Part shown: positions 10,047 through 19,865 of the stretch, piece after piece | Numbering within the stretch: position 1 is the stretch's first letter | Layout: every line of letters begins with the position of its first letter | Source: an uncultured bacterium | GTDB lineage: Bacteria > Patescibacteriota > Minisyncoccia > Phycocordibacterales > UBA9973 | Direction of reading: 5' to 3' | Assembly: GCA_903894565.1 (NCBI GenBank) | Contig: CAITQP010000006.1 | Span: 32,033 to 96,032 of the forward strand | DNA: 64,000 nt | Program-made: the position numbers and the translations under genes | The notes under the pieces: generated by a model | Told to the model about the DNA's origin: nothing | The model's database searches: none | What the model saw: only the letters and a program-made list of their open reading frames with translations

Positions 10047-10301
10047 ATGCCAATCACCAGTTCAGCCAAAAAGGCTATCCGTGTCAGTGCTCGCAAGAAG
10101 CTTGTTAATGATCGTCGCACACGCACGATGAAAGATGAGGTCAAGAAGATCGAAAAGGCAGTCAAAGCCGGAATGAAAGATGAAGCTTTGAAGATGATGT
10201 CAGTTACATTCGCTGCAATCGACAAGGCTGCGAAGCGTGGAGTCATCAAGAAGAACACTGCAAGTCGCAAAAAGGCTCGCATGGCTCGTCTTGTTAAATA
10301 G
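10047..10301 (+). CDS. rpsT: 30S ribosomal protein S20
   Basis: MPITSSAKKAIRVSARKKLVNDRRTRTMKDEVKK; length and composition typical of bS20. Confidence 0.85.
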   Translation: MPITSSAKKAIRVSARKKLVNDRRTRTMKDEVKKIEKAVKAGMKDEALKMMSVTFAAIDKAAKRGVIKKNTASRKKARMARLVK

Positions 10302-10303
10302 CT

Positions 10304-10392
10304 CGCAAAAGCACAAACAAAATATGCAGAAAAAAACACGGAGGAATGGGTCGACCGTGTTTTTTTCTGCATATTTTGTTTGTGCTTTTGCG
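10304..10392. repeat. 38-bp perfect inverted repeat with a 13-nt loop (left arm 10304–10341, right arm 10355–10392)
   Basis: CGCAAAAGCACAAACAAAATATGCAGAAAAAAACACGG ... CCGTGTTTTTTTCTGCATATTTTGTTTGTGCTTTTGCG; the arms are exact reverse complements. Confidence 0.9.
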
Positions 10393-10424
10393 AATTCTTT
10401 GCCGGACTGTATAATCAGGGGACT

Positions 10425-10682
10425 ATGTCATTATTGAATTTTTACGGACGCGAGTGCCCACACTGCCACACGATGGAACCATTAATCACGAAGCTCGAAG
10501 AGGAAACAGGAGTCAAAGTGGAACGTCTCGAGACATGGCACGACGAGAAGAACGCCAAACTACTCTCTGAATATGACAAGGATTTCTGCGGGGGAGTGCC
10601 ATTCTTCTTCAATACAGAAACCAAAAAATGGATTTGTGGCGAGGCGGATATGGACGAACTGAAGACTTGGGCAGGGAAATAG
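10425..10682 (+). CDS. Thioredoxin-fold protein (CPHC active site)
   Basis: MSLLNFYGRECPHCH... resembles glutaredoxin/thioredoxin-like small proteins. Confidence 0.6.
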   Translation: MSLLNFYGRECPHCHTMEPLITKLEEETGVKVERLETWHDEKNAKLLSEYDKDFCGGVPFFFNTETKKWICGEADMDELKTWAGK

Positions 10683-10724
10683 AATAAAGGCGCTCCAATT
10701 GTGAAGCGCCTTTATTGCACATTT

Positions 10725-11243
10725 TTATTTCGTTAGCATTCTCTTTTCGGGGATTGGCCCCATTTTCATTCCACTGAGACGATACACGAGCATTGATCCA
10801 TCAAATGCATCGGTTAATATCATGATCAGTTTTCCTCCCGTACCAGTCATTATTTCTGGGAGGATAGTTGCTGTATACCCATTTTTAATTAGGGTATCAA
10901 CGGTTCGCGCTGCGCTTTGACGGGGGTTGTCTACTGCAAGGGACAGTGCATTTGGGGGGAGCAAGTTGGTTGGCTCGTCGAGCCAACCGAGAACTGTCGT
11001 GTTATCTTTTAATAACATTTGGTTGCTGGGTCGTGGAGAAAAAGTGAACCTTTCTCCTAGTCCAGCTTCACGGTCAAAAATTTTAGCCAAAAGTATGGCC
11101 GTTTTTTGATTCTTTACCCCATAGTAGCGATGGCCTCTATCTGGAAGTAAAGTAAAATTGTTTACGAAATGAACGTAGCTTAGGGTCAAGCTGTATAGCA
11201 CAAGGGCTACTACTGCGACCTTACGTAAATTGATTTTCTTCAT
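10725..11243 (-). CDS. Hypothetical exported protein (possible SPOR-like C-terminus)
   Basis: N-terminal signal/anchor MKKINLRKVAVVALVLYSLTL; no firm domain match. Confidence 0.4.
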   Translation of the reverse strand: MKKINLRKVAVVALVLYSLTLSYVHFVNNFTLLPDRGHRYYGVKNQKTAILLAKIFDREAGLGERFTFSPRPSNQMLLKDNTTVLGWLDEPTNLLPPNALSLAVDNPRQSAARTVDTLIKNGYTATILPEIMTGTGGKLIMILTDAFDGSMLVYRLSGMKMGPIPEKRMLTK

Positions 11244-11378
11244 AAAGTACTTAAAATGGTTGACACTCAGTCTAACATATTAATTTAAAAAGTCAAATTT
11301 TGTATACCCAGAAACCCTGTATTCACAAGCTTGTTTGAGATATCTTTACTAATTTTCCAAAATAACGTATAGTCTAGC

Positions 11379-11465
11379 GGTCTTTCGACCAATGGTTTTG
11401 TCGTTCAATGGATAGGACACTCCCCTGCGAAGGGAGAAATGCAGGTTCGATTCCTGCCAAGACCA
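11379..11465 (+). tRNA. Aberrant tRNA-like element: canonical anticodon arm (loop CTGCGAA, anticodon GCG, Arg-like), canonical T-arm GCAGGTTCGATTCCTGC and pairing acceptor strands, but about 13 extra nt between the acceptor 5' strand and the D-stem. Possible pseudogene or att remnant.
   Basis: Acceptor GGTCTTT pairs with CAAGACC 6/7. The extra segment CGACCAATGGTT resembles a partial duplication of the D-arm GTCGTTCAATGG. Total length 87 nt versus about 74 expected. Confidence 0.35.
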
Positions 11466-11471
11466 CAACGT

Positions 11472-11861
11472 ATGCGTACCATCACCAATTTCTTTCTTGG
11501 TATCGAAGAGCGAGCACGGGTGTATTTTGAGCGGTTTCCTTTTATTCAGGCATTTATTGCCGGTATCGGTGTTATCATTTTTTGGCGTGGAGTCTGGGAG
11601 CTTCTTGATACCCATGGTATTTCGCCTATTTGGTCAATTGCCATTGGGATGATTTTGCTTGGTTCTGTTGGTGTATTCATTCAAACATTCATTGGTAATA
11701 CGATCATCATCAAGAACGTGAAGCAGGAAGAGAAAATGGAAAAGAAAGAATTAGAGAAAGTAGAAGGGGAGGTAGGAACAGAAGAAGTCACTGTTCAAGC
11801 GCTTTCAAAAAAACTCGACACTCTCATTCAGAAAGTTTCGGAAATTGAATCGAAAAAGTAG
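11472..11861 (+). CDS. Hypothetical membrane protein with a C-terminal coiled coil
   Basis: Two hydrophobic helices then a Glu/Lys-rich coiled coil; overlaps the 3' end of the convergent histidine kinase gene. Confidence 0.35.
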   Translation: MRTITNFFLGIEERARVYFERFPFIQAFIAGIGVIIFWRGVWELLDTHGISPIWSIAIGMILLGSVGVFIQTFIGNTIIIKNVKQEEKMEKKELEKVEGEVGTEEVTVQALSKKLDTLIQKVSEIESKK

Positions 11862-13821
11862 TTCCTTCGCCTAGTTTGCTCGTAACATTGATTGACCCAC
11901 TATGGCTCGCAACGATTTGCTTTGCAATTGCGAGACCGAGTCCACTTCCGGCAGGGCTTCCGGGTTTTTGTGGTGCTCGGTAGAATCGATCAAATATGTG
12001 AGGAATATCATTTTCTGCAATTCCGATGCCGTTGTCACTGACAGTGAGCGTAATGGAAGAATTCGTATCGGCAAGTGTGATCAAGACTTTTCCTGTTCTG
12101 TTTTTGGCGCGATAGTGCATCGCGTTTGCGACTAAGTTCGTGATCAATTCTTCGAGTAATTTTTTATTTCCCACGATATATCCGCACTCCTCTATCTTTG
12201 AAGAAAGGTGAATGTTTTTGTCTTCGGCGATAACTTCAAAATAATCAATTTGCTCTCGAAGGAGTGGAGTAAGTGCGATCGCAGTCATCTCGTGTTCATC
12301 GAGCGAATGTTCGAAGCGAACGACACGAAGGAGCTGACGTATAAAACCAGAAACACGGTCAATTGATTTTTGAACGATATGAAGCTGGCCTGAATTCTCA
12401 CTGTGGTAGCTGAGGAGTTCGATTTCTCCACGGATGACGGCAAGAGGTGTTTGAAGATTGTGTGAAATCGTAATCATTGCTTCTTTTTGCTCCTCTTGCA
12501 GTTTTTGTATCTCATTCGTGCGTTGCGTCACGAGTTGCTCAAGATGTACGCTGTAATTTTGCACTTTCTCATGAAGTTCGGCTTTGCTGAGCGCGATAGC
12601 TGCCTGAAACGCGAAAGTAGCAACAAGGTGGGCATCTTTTTGGGTGTATGCATCGCCAGATTTCTTTGGACCAAGTTTAAGCATCCCCACGATATTTTTT
12701 TCGAACACGATTGGTTGGTATGCGGTATAGAATCCCGCGACGCGGGGCACCTGGTGTATTTGCGTGCCCAAGTCAGTATCAAAGAGAAAACATACTTCGC
12801 TTGCTTTGAATGCTTCTTCAAGAATATGTGCGGTGCGCGTAATAATCTCGTTTCTTTCGAGACTTGTGTAGAGAATTCGACTGAGCGAGTGCACTACTTC
12901 CGCGTAGTTGTACGGGTTTTTAAAAAATATTGGGTCAGACCATATTTGAAAATATGTTTGAATGATTGGCATGCCGGTAATGCCGAGTGCTGTTGTCGTA
13001 CCCGCACTTAATATGATAGATGCATCAGTTGTTGCCCCGAGTATAAGTCCAAATAACGTAATGAGGAGGAGATACACCGTAATTATAAGTATGAGTACGA
13101 TCGTGTACATAAGACTCCGTTGAATAACAATACGGATGTCGAGAAGTTCGTGACGAATGATCGCGTATGCAGTGAGACTTATAAAAATAATTGAGGAAGC
13201 TGGCCCCAGAAAACTTAGTTGGAAAACACCCATTGCGGGCAGTACAACATCAAATATTCCAGCAGTCAGGAGAAAGACTGATAATCCGAAAAGGAGGTAG
13301 TTCATTTGGAGACGAGCTTGGCCGCAAGATTTTTTGTATGCGCGTATCGAGAGGAGAATACTTCCGACGATCATGAGGATTGATATGAAGGAAAACTCGG
13401 GGAACAAGGGTCCCTGTATCGGAATAATGGCCCCGCCCGCGAGAAATTCTGCGCGCTGGATGATGAGATGGAATGGGATTGTGAGGGCCAGAAGAATAAG
13501 GGGAATAAATACGAGAAAAAAATGTTTGTTTGGGTTTACTCCGTCTGGAAAGGTTTTGGCAAAAACAAGGAACCCAGTCAAGAGGACAAAGAATCCATAG
13601 GTTGCCATTTGGTTGAACGGTTCAAATTGATGATTTGTGACAATGAGCATGATACCGAGACTCCACAAGGAAACACCAATTACAGCAAGTGTAAATGATT
13701 GGTTGACGATATTGCGTGGCCTTCGTGCAAAAACAAAAATACCGATTAGAAGATTTAAAACAATGACTACGATAAGCAGTAATTCCTCAAGCGTAATTCC
13801 GATAGAAGATGACGGTATCAT
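11824..13821 (-). CDS. Sensor histidine kinase (polytopic membrane sensor + HisKA + HATPase_c)
   Basis: HisKA box ISHNLQTPLAVIRGEIELL; HATPase N/G boxes LVANAMHY, SDNGIGIAENDIPHIFDRFYRA, GSGLGLAIAKQIV. Confidence 0.8.
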   Translation of the reverse strand: MIPSSSIGITLEELLLIVVIVLNLLIGIFVFARRPRNIVNQSFTLAVIGVSLWSLGIMLIVTNHQFEPFNQMATYGFFVLLTGFLVFAKTFPDGVNPNKHFFLVFIPLILLALTIPFHLIIQRAEFLAGGAIIPIQGPLFPEFSFISILMIVGSILLSIRAYKKSCGQARLQMNYLLFGLSVFLLTAGIFDVVLPAMGVFQLSFLGPASSIIFISLTAYAIIRHELLDIRIVIQRSLMYTIVLILIITVYLLLITLFGLILGATTDASIILSAGTTTALGITGMPIIQTYFQIWSDPIFFKNPYNYAEVVHSLSRILYTSLERNEIITRTAHILEEAFKASEVCFLFDTDLGTQIHQVPRVAGFYTAYQPIVFEKNIVGMLKLGPKKSGDAYTQKDAHLVATFAFQAAIALSKAELHEKVQNYSVHLEQLVTQRTNEIQKLQEEQKEAMITISHNLQTPLAVIRGEIELLSYHSENSGQLHIVQKSIDRVSGFIRQLLRVVRFEHSLDEHEMTAIALTPLLREQIDYFEVIAEDKNIHLSSKIEECGYIVGNKKLLEELITNLVANAMHYRAKNRTGKVLITLADTNSSITLTVSDNGIGIAENDIPHIFDRFYRAPQKPGSPAGSGLGLAIAKQIVASHSGSINVTSKLGEGTTFSIQFPKLSE

Positions 13822-13829
13822 TATGAAAA

Positions 13830-14504
13830 TTATATGGTTCGATATGCTCCAAATCGATATCCTCGACGGGGGATCGTTTGAATGAAAGATTGTTTTCTTG
13901 TTTCAAGTTTTTTGCGGAGCAGTCGTATGTGGGTATCAACCGTGTTTGTAAATGGATCAATATTCATATCCCAAACGTGTTCGAGAATCATTTCTCTTGA
14001 GAGGACGGCTTCAGCATGTTGCATGAAATATTCTAAAAGTGCGAACTCCTTATTTCGTAGTTGAATATTTTTTCCATTGAGCGTAACCGTGTGTTTTCGA
14101 GAATCAAGAGTGAGTGGTCCTACTTTGATACTGTCGTTGTATAAAATATGGCCTCGGCGTGTAAGTGCTCGGAGTCGTACAACGAGCTCTCGAAGTGAGA
14201 ATGGCTTTGTTACATAATCATCACAGATGCTCAACATGTCTATTTTAATATCCATATTTTTTTCAGCCGAAAGTACAAGTATGGGTATTGATGGTTTGTA
14301 TTTTCTAATTGCAGATGAGATCTCGCTACCCATCATGTCAGGCAAGTGAAAATCAAGAATGATTACATCGAATCCACATTCAGATGCGAGAGACACTCCG
14401 AGTTCTCCTGTGTGTGCAACTGTTACGACACAGAGCTCAGACTCGAGTCCTTTTTTGATAAATTCGGAAATCTCAATTTCGTCTTCGATAATGAGAACTT
14501 TCAT
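13830..14504 (-). CDS. OmpR-family response regulator (REC + winged-helix DNA-binding domain)
   Basis: MKVLIIEDE...DVIILDFHLPD receiver domain; C-terminal trans_reg_C with LLRKKLE...PRRGYRF; forms an operon with the upstream histidine kinase. Confidence 0.85.
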   Translation of the reverse strand: MKVLIIEDEIEISEFIKKGLESELCVVTVAHTGELGVSLASECGFDVIILDFHLPDMMGSEISSAIRKYKPSIPILVLSAEKNMDIKIDMLSICDDYVTKPFSLRELVVRLRALTRRGHILYNDSIKVGPLTLDSRKHTVTLNGKNIQLRNKEFALLEYFMQHAEAVLSREMILEHVWDMNIDPFTNTVDTHIRLLRKKLETRKQSFIQTIPRRGYRFGAYRTI

Positions 14505-14606
14505 GGTAGTTAGCAGCGTTCAAATAGTATCACAAACAAGGTAATCGAAATCTAAACTCGCAATTGAAGAAACCGCCTTATTTTAAGCGGTTTTTCAAGA
14601 TTCATA

Positions 14607-15110
14607 TTAAAAACCAAGATGTTCCATGACCCGATGGGTGAGCTGCTCCTTGAAGTTTTTTTCTGTGAGACGAGTGAGGAGAAGCTGGCGAAGGGATTCT
14701 GGGTCGATTGTGTAGGGGAGTGCGATCGAAATCACTGGGGCCACGATGCGACTGGTCTCGATGATAAGGTGGTTGCCGAGATCGTGTTCGTCGATTGAGA
14801 AACCTTTTATTTTTTCGAAAGAATAAAAAAAGTTTTTGATACGCACGCCTTCGTCTGAAATGGAGATTTCGATAATTTCCGGTCTTCGTGCTGCGTAGAA
14901 TCCAAGAACGATAGCAGCAAGAATTATAAATATAGCAAAAAGTGTATCATGAAAAATCACAGCAATTGCAGCACTCGCAATTGCGATAACTCCAAGTGCC
15001 CAAAACCAGTCGGGACCTTTTTCTCGGTGATTGTATTCCTCAATCTCCCAAGAAATTCGGGGTTCTTTGTTTCCTTGTTTCATATACGTTTCTAGTGTAT
15101 CACGGAACAC
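14607..15110 (-). CDS. Hypothetical membrane protein
   Basis: Two hydrophobic helices; no recognisable motif. Confidence 0.4.
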   Translation of the reverse strand: MFRDTLETYMKQGNKEPRISWEIEEYNHREKGPDWFWALGVIAIASAAIAVIFHDTLFAIFIILAAIVLGFYAARRPEIIEISISDEGVRIKNFFYSFEKIKGFSIDEHDLGNHLIIETSRIVAPVISIALPYTIDPESLRQLLLTRLTEKNFKEQLTHRVMEHLGF

Positions 15111-15127
15111 ATGATGTGTGTGGTGAA

Positions 15128-15811
15128 TTACTCGATGATTCGGGGACTACCATGAGCTTCACCCCATACAAATGGATTTTGATACCATGCCTCAAGTTCG
15201 GTGATCGTTGCTTCATCAAGTAGTTTTTCAGTTCGTGCAGTTTCAAGGAGGTAAGGAAAATTGATGAGCGGAGAGAGCGCGCATGGTGGAGTCATCATAT
15301 TGAATTTATTTTCTTGATTTGGAAAATCGTAATAGTAGATGACAGAACAAGTGGAGACAACGGCTCCTTCTCGACGCATTGCTTCGACTGCATTTATGGC
15401 GCTACCACCTGTCGAGATCGTATCTTCAATGACGAGAACTTTTTTGCCTGCGAGACCACCGGGGATGTCTCCCTCGACTTGTCTGCCTGCTCCGTGGTCC
15501 TTGGCTTTTGCTCGAATATAGAGAAGGGGAAGGCCGAGTTTGTCAGCGAGTGTTGTTGCATGGGGTATTGCACCTGTCGCGACACCTGCAATAGCGTCGT
15601 ATGATGTACCGCTCTTTGTAATTTGTTCGGCGAAAGCTTCTGCGATGCTTGCGCGAACCTCTGGGTATCCGATGAGGCAACGGTTATCAATATATACGGG
15701 CATTGCATAGCCGGAGGCCCAACGAAATGGCTTTTCGGGCGAGACTTTGATAGCACCTCGGGTCAATATTGCTCGTGCAATAGCACTTCTTGGATCTATT
15801 TGGTCACTCAT
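15128..15811 (-). CDS. pyrE: Orotate phosphoribosyltransferase
   Basis: PRPP-binding motif VLVIEDTISTGGSA and overall PyrE-like sequence. Confidence 0.8.
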   Translation of the reverse strand: MSDQIDPRSAIARAILTRGAIKVSPEKPFRWASGYAMPVYIDNRCLIGYPEVRASIAEAFAEQITKSGTSYDAIAGVATGAIPHATTLADKLGLPLLYIRAKAKDHGAGRQVEGDIPGGLAGKKVLVIEDTISTGGSAINAVEAMRREGAVVSTCSVIYYYDFPNQENKFNMMTPPCALSPLINFPYLLETARTEKLLDEATITELEAWYQNPFVWGEAHGSPRIIE

Positions 15812-15840
15812 GCGTCATATGGTAGCATAGGAATGAAATT

Positions 15841-16794
15841 ATGAAACTACGTGGTATTGAATTTGGATCGTGTATTGGAGCCTCTGGTCTCAATGGCTGG
15901 TTTGGTGAAGGTTATCCATATCACAAGGTTTTACATCTCCTCCCCGGGTTTACCTTCGAAGGCGTGACGCTGACTGCCAAAACAACGACACTCGAGAGCC
16001 GTGAGGGCAATATGCCACTTCGTAAGGACAAGATTACTCCTCGCGAATTGAAGCCCGCGAGTATTGTAGTGAAGCCTGGAGCTGGGGTTGTGCTGAATGC
16101 GGTTGGACTTTCGGGCCCCGGGTTGCGCTATTTGCTCGATCTCGGAGAATGGCAGAAATTGGAGAAACCATTCCTCCTCTCATTCATGTCTGTCGGTGCG
16201 ACGAGCGCTGAACGTATTGAAGAATTGAGACAAGCGGTGGAGATTTTGAAAACGGAATTGCCGAAATTTAGAGCACCTGTTGGCCTACAATTGAATTTCT
16301 CATGTCCCAATGTCGGGCACGCACAAGCAGAAATGGTACAAGACATTCATGAGTCACTCGCAATCGCAAGCGTACTCAATATTCCGCTCATTCCAAAAAT
16401 TTCAGTTCTGATTCCACCCGACAAAGCAGGCGAGATCATTCGTGATCCAAATTGTGATGCGCTCGCTGTTTCAAATACGATTGCATGGAGTGATTTGCCG
16501 GAAGATGTGCAGAAAGTATTTTTCCGCACGACGAAGTCTCCGCTTGCGCGATTTGGTGGGGGAGGAATTTCGGGAAAATATTTGTTACCACTCGTGGAAC
16601 AATGGTTGTACCAATTCAAAAAGTTTTCTGGTGGCAAGCCAGTGATTGCAGGCGGTGGAATTATGCGTGCACGCGATGTAGATACGCTCGTAGCTGCTGG
16701 CGCGAATGCGGTGTCGCCAGGGAGTGTTGTGATTTTGCGACCATGGAAATTGAAGATGATTGTGGCGCGGGCAAAAAAGCTTCTCGAGAAATAA
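15841..16794 (+). CDS. pyrD: Dihydroorotate dehydrogenase (class 1 catalytic subunit-like)
   Basis: NAVGLSGPG and NFSCPNVGH motifs; divergent from pyrE. Confidence 0.8.
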   Translation: MKLRGIEFGSCIGASGLNGWFGEGYPYHKVLHLLPGFTFEGVTLTAKTTTLESREGNMPLRKDKITPRELKPASIVVKPGAGVVLNAVGLSGPGLRYLLDLGEWQKLEKPFLLSFMSVGATSAERIEELRQAVEILKTELPKFRAPVGLQLNFSCPNVGHAQAEMVQDIHESLAIASVLNIPLIPKISVLIPPDKAGEIIRDPNCDALAVSNTIAWSDLPEDVQKVFFRTTKSPLARFGGGGISGKYLLPLVEQWLYQFKKFSGGKPVIAGGGIMRARDVDTLVAAGANAVSPGSVVILRPWKLKMIVARAKKLLEK

Positions 16795-16802
16795 TTTTTT
16801 TC

Positions 16803-17441
16803 ATGTTTGAAACAATATTGGGCGCGTTTTTTCCTGATTCGTGTTTGGGGTGCGGGGAGAGAGGTTCTTTGTTGTGTGCGGAGTGCTTGCGGAGCTTGCC
16901 TCAGGCAAGCTCCGCTGAGTTCTCGTGGATCACTAGCCTTTATGCATACCAGGATTCTCGAGTGCGCAGTTTGATTAAAAAAATTAAATTTAAAAATACA
17001 CGACACGGGGTAGAAGTGTTTGCTGAAGCACTCGCGTGGGCGGTGACTGAATATGTGGGAGAGGAAGCGATGCTCATTGGCAAACGCACGATTTGTCTTG
17101 TGCCAATTCCACTTTCAAAGAAGCGTGCAAAAATGCGTGGGTATAATCAATCGGAACTTTTGGCGCGAGGTATGCTCAAATATCTTGATCGGGACCGCTT
17201 TTGTGTTGATACAAAACTTCTGGTGAAAGAAGTTGAAACGACGGCACAAGCAGATATAAAAAGGAAAAGTGAACGACTAATGAACCTTGGCGGGTGTTTT
17301 CGAGCGACGAGAGTCTCTCGAGGAGAGTGCATATTTTTGATTGATGATGTGACCACAACGGGAGCGACACTTAGGGCGGCGCGGAGCGAGCTCCGCGCCG
17401 CCCGCTTCAATCACATTCATGCCTTTACCATTGCACACTAA
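16803..17441 (+). CDS. comF: ComF-family protein (double zinc ribbon + phosphoribosyltransferase domain)
   Basis: CLGCG...LCAEC zinc ribbon and PRTase motif IFLIDDVTTTGATL; start at the internal ATG after the pyrD stop. Confidence 0.7.
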   Translation: MFETILGAFFPDSCLGCGERGSLLCAECLRSLPQASSAEFSWITSLYAYQDSRVRSLIKKIKFKNTRHGVEVFAEALAWAVTEYVGEEAMLIGKRTICLVPIPLSKKRAKMRGYNQSELLARGMLKYLDRDRFCVDTKLLVKEVETTAQADIKRKSERLMNLGGCFRATRVSRGECIFLIDDVTTTGATLRAARSELRAARFNHIHAFTIAH

Positions 17442-17656
17442 AAATAAATACCGTCGTCATGTATTTGCGTGAGCTTCTCTAATCGCGCAAGTACAATCGG
17501 GCGGTATCTATTCCATGGTCCAATTGAATTGTAAAAGAATTGTATTTTGACGGCGGTTTTTTGTGATGATGAGTAAATAAAGCGCATCACCCGACAAGTG
17601 ATACGTGGATCATAGCGAATGAGCGGTCAAGAAATAGTAAAGAAATTCGAAGGCTG

Positions 17657-18331
17657 TTATTTATTTGTATCAATTTTGTACCCACGCCCAGAAAGACAAT
17701 GGATGAGGTTACGTTTTCCATGAACGTTTAGTTTGTTTCGAAGATTTAAAATATGTGTTTCAATCGTACGTGAAAAAGCGTCAACGCGCGTATCCCAAAC
17801 ATGTTCAAGGAGTTCGCCTCGAGTTACGACATAGCCGATGTTTTGTAAAAGAATTTCGAGAATTGCGAATTCCTTTCTGGTGAGATACACAACACCGTTT
17901 CCACGTGTGACTTTTTGTGTTTCCATATTGAGAGTAATATCGTGGTAAGTGAGGATGGGGAGGATTCGTGCTTTTGGCCGACGAAGAATGGCTGTGATGC
18001 GTGCGTGGAGTTCTTCGAAGTAGAATGGCTTCATGAGGAAATCGTCGATACCTGCGGTAAAGCTTTTGAGTTTGTGTTCAAGACTACACATGTTTGAAAG
18101 CAAGATGACGGGTGTTTGGCACCCATTCATGCGAATGTACTGACAGAGATTGTGTCCCATTTGTCCGGGGAGAGAATTGTCGAGCACGATGAGGTCGTAT
18201 GGATTTGATTCCGCGAGTTCGGTAGCGCTCGAGGCATCACTCGCCACATCTACAGCAAAACACTTTTCCTCAAGACGGCGTTTGAGAAAAAGTTGGAAAC
18301 TCGCGTCGTTTTCAGCAATAAGTAATCGCAT
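17657..18331 (-). CDS. OmpR-family response regulator (no cognate kinase adjacent)
   Basis: MRLLIAEND...DLIVLDNSLPG receiver domain; C-terminal wHTH LRNKL...GRGYKI. Confidence 0.8.
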   Translation of the reverse strand: MRLLIAENDASFQLFLKRRLEEKCFAVDVASDASSATELAESNPYDLIVLDNSLPGQMGHNLCQYIRMNGCQTPVILLSNMCSLEHKLKSFTAGIDDFLMKPFYFEELHARITAILRRPKARILPILTYHDITLNMETQKVTRGNGVVYLTRKEFAILEILLQNIGYVVTRGELLEHVWDTRVDAFSRTIETHILNLRNKLNVHGKRNLIHCLSGRGYKIDTNK

Positions 18332-18468
18332 ACTGTTTCTGTAGTATATCGTGCACCTATTTGTTTGTGGTGAAGTAGTTTAAAAATAGGTTATCTCCAT
18401 TTTATCAATTTTTTATATAAAAAATGCCGTATTTGAAATACGGGTGAAAACAGTTAGAATACGCCCAT

Positions 18469-19857
18469 ATGGAATACCGTACAGAAAAAGATTCATTGGG
18501 TGAGGTTCAGGTCCCAGCGACTGCTTACTATGGCGCGCAAACACAGCGTTCGATACAGAATTTTCCGATTGGAGTCGGCACCCACACGATGCCGATTGAA
18601 GTCGTGCATGCAATCGCGCTCGTCAAAAAGGCTGTTGCGCAAGCGAATGGGAGCCTTGGCGTGCTTTCAAACGAGAAGGCAAGCGTGATCACTACTGTGT
18701 GTGATGAAATTCTTGCAGGGAAGCTCGACGGGGAATTTCCGCTTGTCGTTTGGCAAACTGGTTCTGGTACACAGACGAATATGAATGTGAATGAAGTGAT
18801 CGCCAATCGTGCGCAGGTACTCGCTGGGGGAGCGCTCACTGATGCGAAAAAAAGTATTCATCCAAACGACGACGTGAACATGTCGCAATCTTCAAACGAT
18901 GTTTTTCCGACGGCGATGCATATTGCCACGTACACGATGATCGCACGTACGACACTTCCTGCGCTCAAAAAACTTCGTGATACATTCGCACGGAAATCTG
19001 CCCAATATATGAGTGTTGTCAAAATTGGACGAACACATACGATGGATGCGACGCCGGTCACACTTGGCCAGGAATTTGGTGCGTACGTGGAGATGCTTGA
19101 TATGGGTATCACAAGTATTGAGCAGAAACTTCCCGCGCTCGCAAAGCTCGCGCTCGGAGCAACTGCGGTCGGCACAGGACTCAACGCTCCACAGGGCTAT
19201 GCACAAAAGGCAATCGCAAATATTGTGTCGCTTTCTGGTTTTCCATTCAATCAAGCACCGAATCTTTTTTCAGCTATTGCCTCACATGAAGCACTCGTCG
19301 ATATGCATGGTTCGCTCAAGACAGTCGCGACAAGTCTCATGAAGATATCAAATGATATTCGTTTTCTTGCCTCAGGCCCGCGCGCAGGTATTGCTGAAAT
19401 CAGTATTCCAGACAACGAGCCAGGCTCGTCTATTATGCCTGGCAAAGTAAACCCCACGCAGTGCGAAGCACTCGCCATGGTTTCGGCTCAGGTGATGGGT
19501 AACGATGTTGCAGTTAGTATTGGTAACGCGAACGGCCACCTTGAACTCAACGTCTATAAGCCACTCATTATTCGAAACGTACTCGAAAGCGCACGACTAC
19601 TCGGAGAGGCGAGCGCGTCCTTTAGCGACAATTGTGTCGCGGGTATCGAACCGCTTTATGAGAACATCAAGCGCAATCTTGATCGCTCAATTATGCTTGT
19701 TACCGCGCTCACACCGCACATTGGTTACGACAAATCTGCTGAAATTGCAAAGAAAGCTCAGGTAGAAAATACGACTCTTAAAGAATCAGCGCTTCTGCTT
19801 GGCTATGTTACCGAAGCAGATTTTGATGCGTGGGTTCGCCCCGAGCAAATGATTTAA
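18469..19857 (+). CDS. fumC: Fumarate hydratase class II
   Basis: Signature [17 protein letters not shown], identical to the FumC-type SS loop and distinct from aspartase. Confidence 0.85.
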   Translation: MEYRTEKDSLGEVQVPATAYYGAQTQRSIQNFPIGVGTHTMPIEVVHAIALVKKAVAQANGSLGVLSNEKASVITTVCDEILAGKLDGEFPLVVWQTGSGTQTNMNVNEVIANRAQVLAGGALTDAKKSIHPNDDVNMSQSSNDVFPTAMHIATYTMIARTTLPALKKLRDTFARKSAQYMSVVKIGRTHTMDATPVTLGQEFGAYVEMLDMGITSIEQKLPALAKLALGATAVGTGLNAPQGYAQKAIANIVSLSGFPFNQAPNLFSAIASHEALVDMHGSLKTVATSLMKISNDIRFLASGPRAGIAEISIPDNEPGSSIMPGKVNPTQCEALAMVSAQVMGNDVAVSIGNANGHLELNVYKPLIIRNVLESARLLGEASASFSDNCVAGIEPLYENIKRNLDRSIMLVTALTPHIGYDKSAEIAKKAQVENTTLKESALLLGYVTEADFDAWVRPEQMI

Positions 19858-19865
19858 CCACTTGG

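Noticed and set aside
10034-10437. ORFs 10034–10372 (−) and 10237–10437 (+), both encoding VFFSAYFVCAF
   Set aside because: They are mirror-image products of the 38-bp perfect palindrome and the rpsT antisense strand, not genes.
11379-11465. tmRNA (ssrA) as the explanation for the tRNA-like element
   Set aside because: A canonical anticodon arm is present, which tmRNA lacks. No GGGG 5' terminus and no tag-peptide reading frame were found. The element is only 87 nt.
12487-13011. 174-aa ORF antisense to the histidine kinase, and the ORFs at 18528–19254 antisense to fumC
   Set aside because: They are fully embedded in strongly supported genes on the opposite strand.
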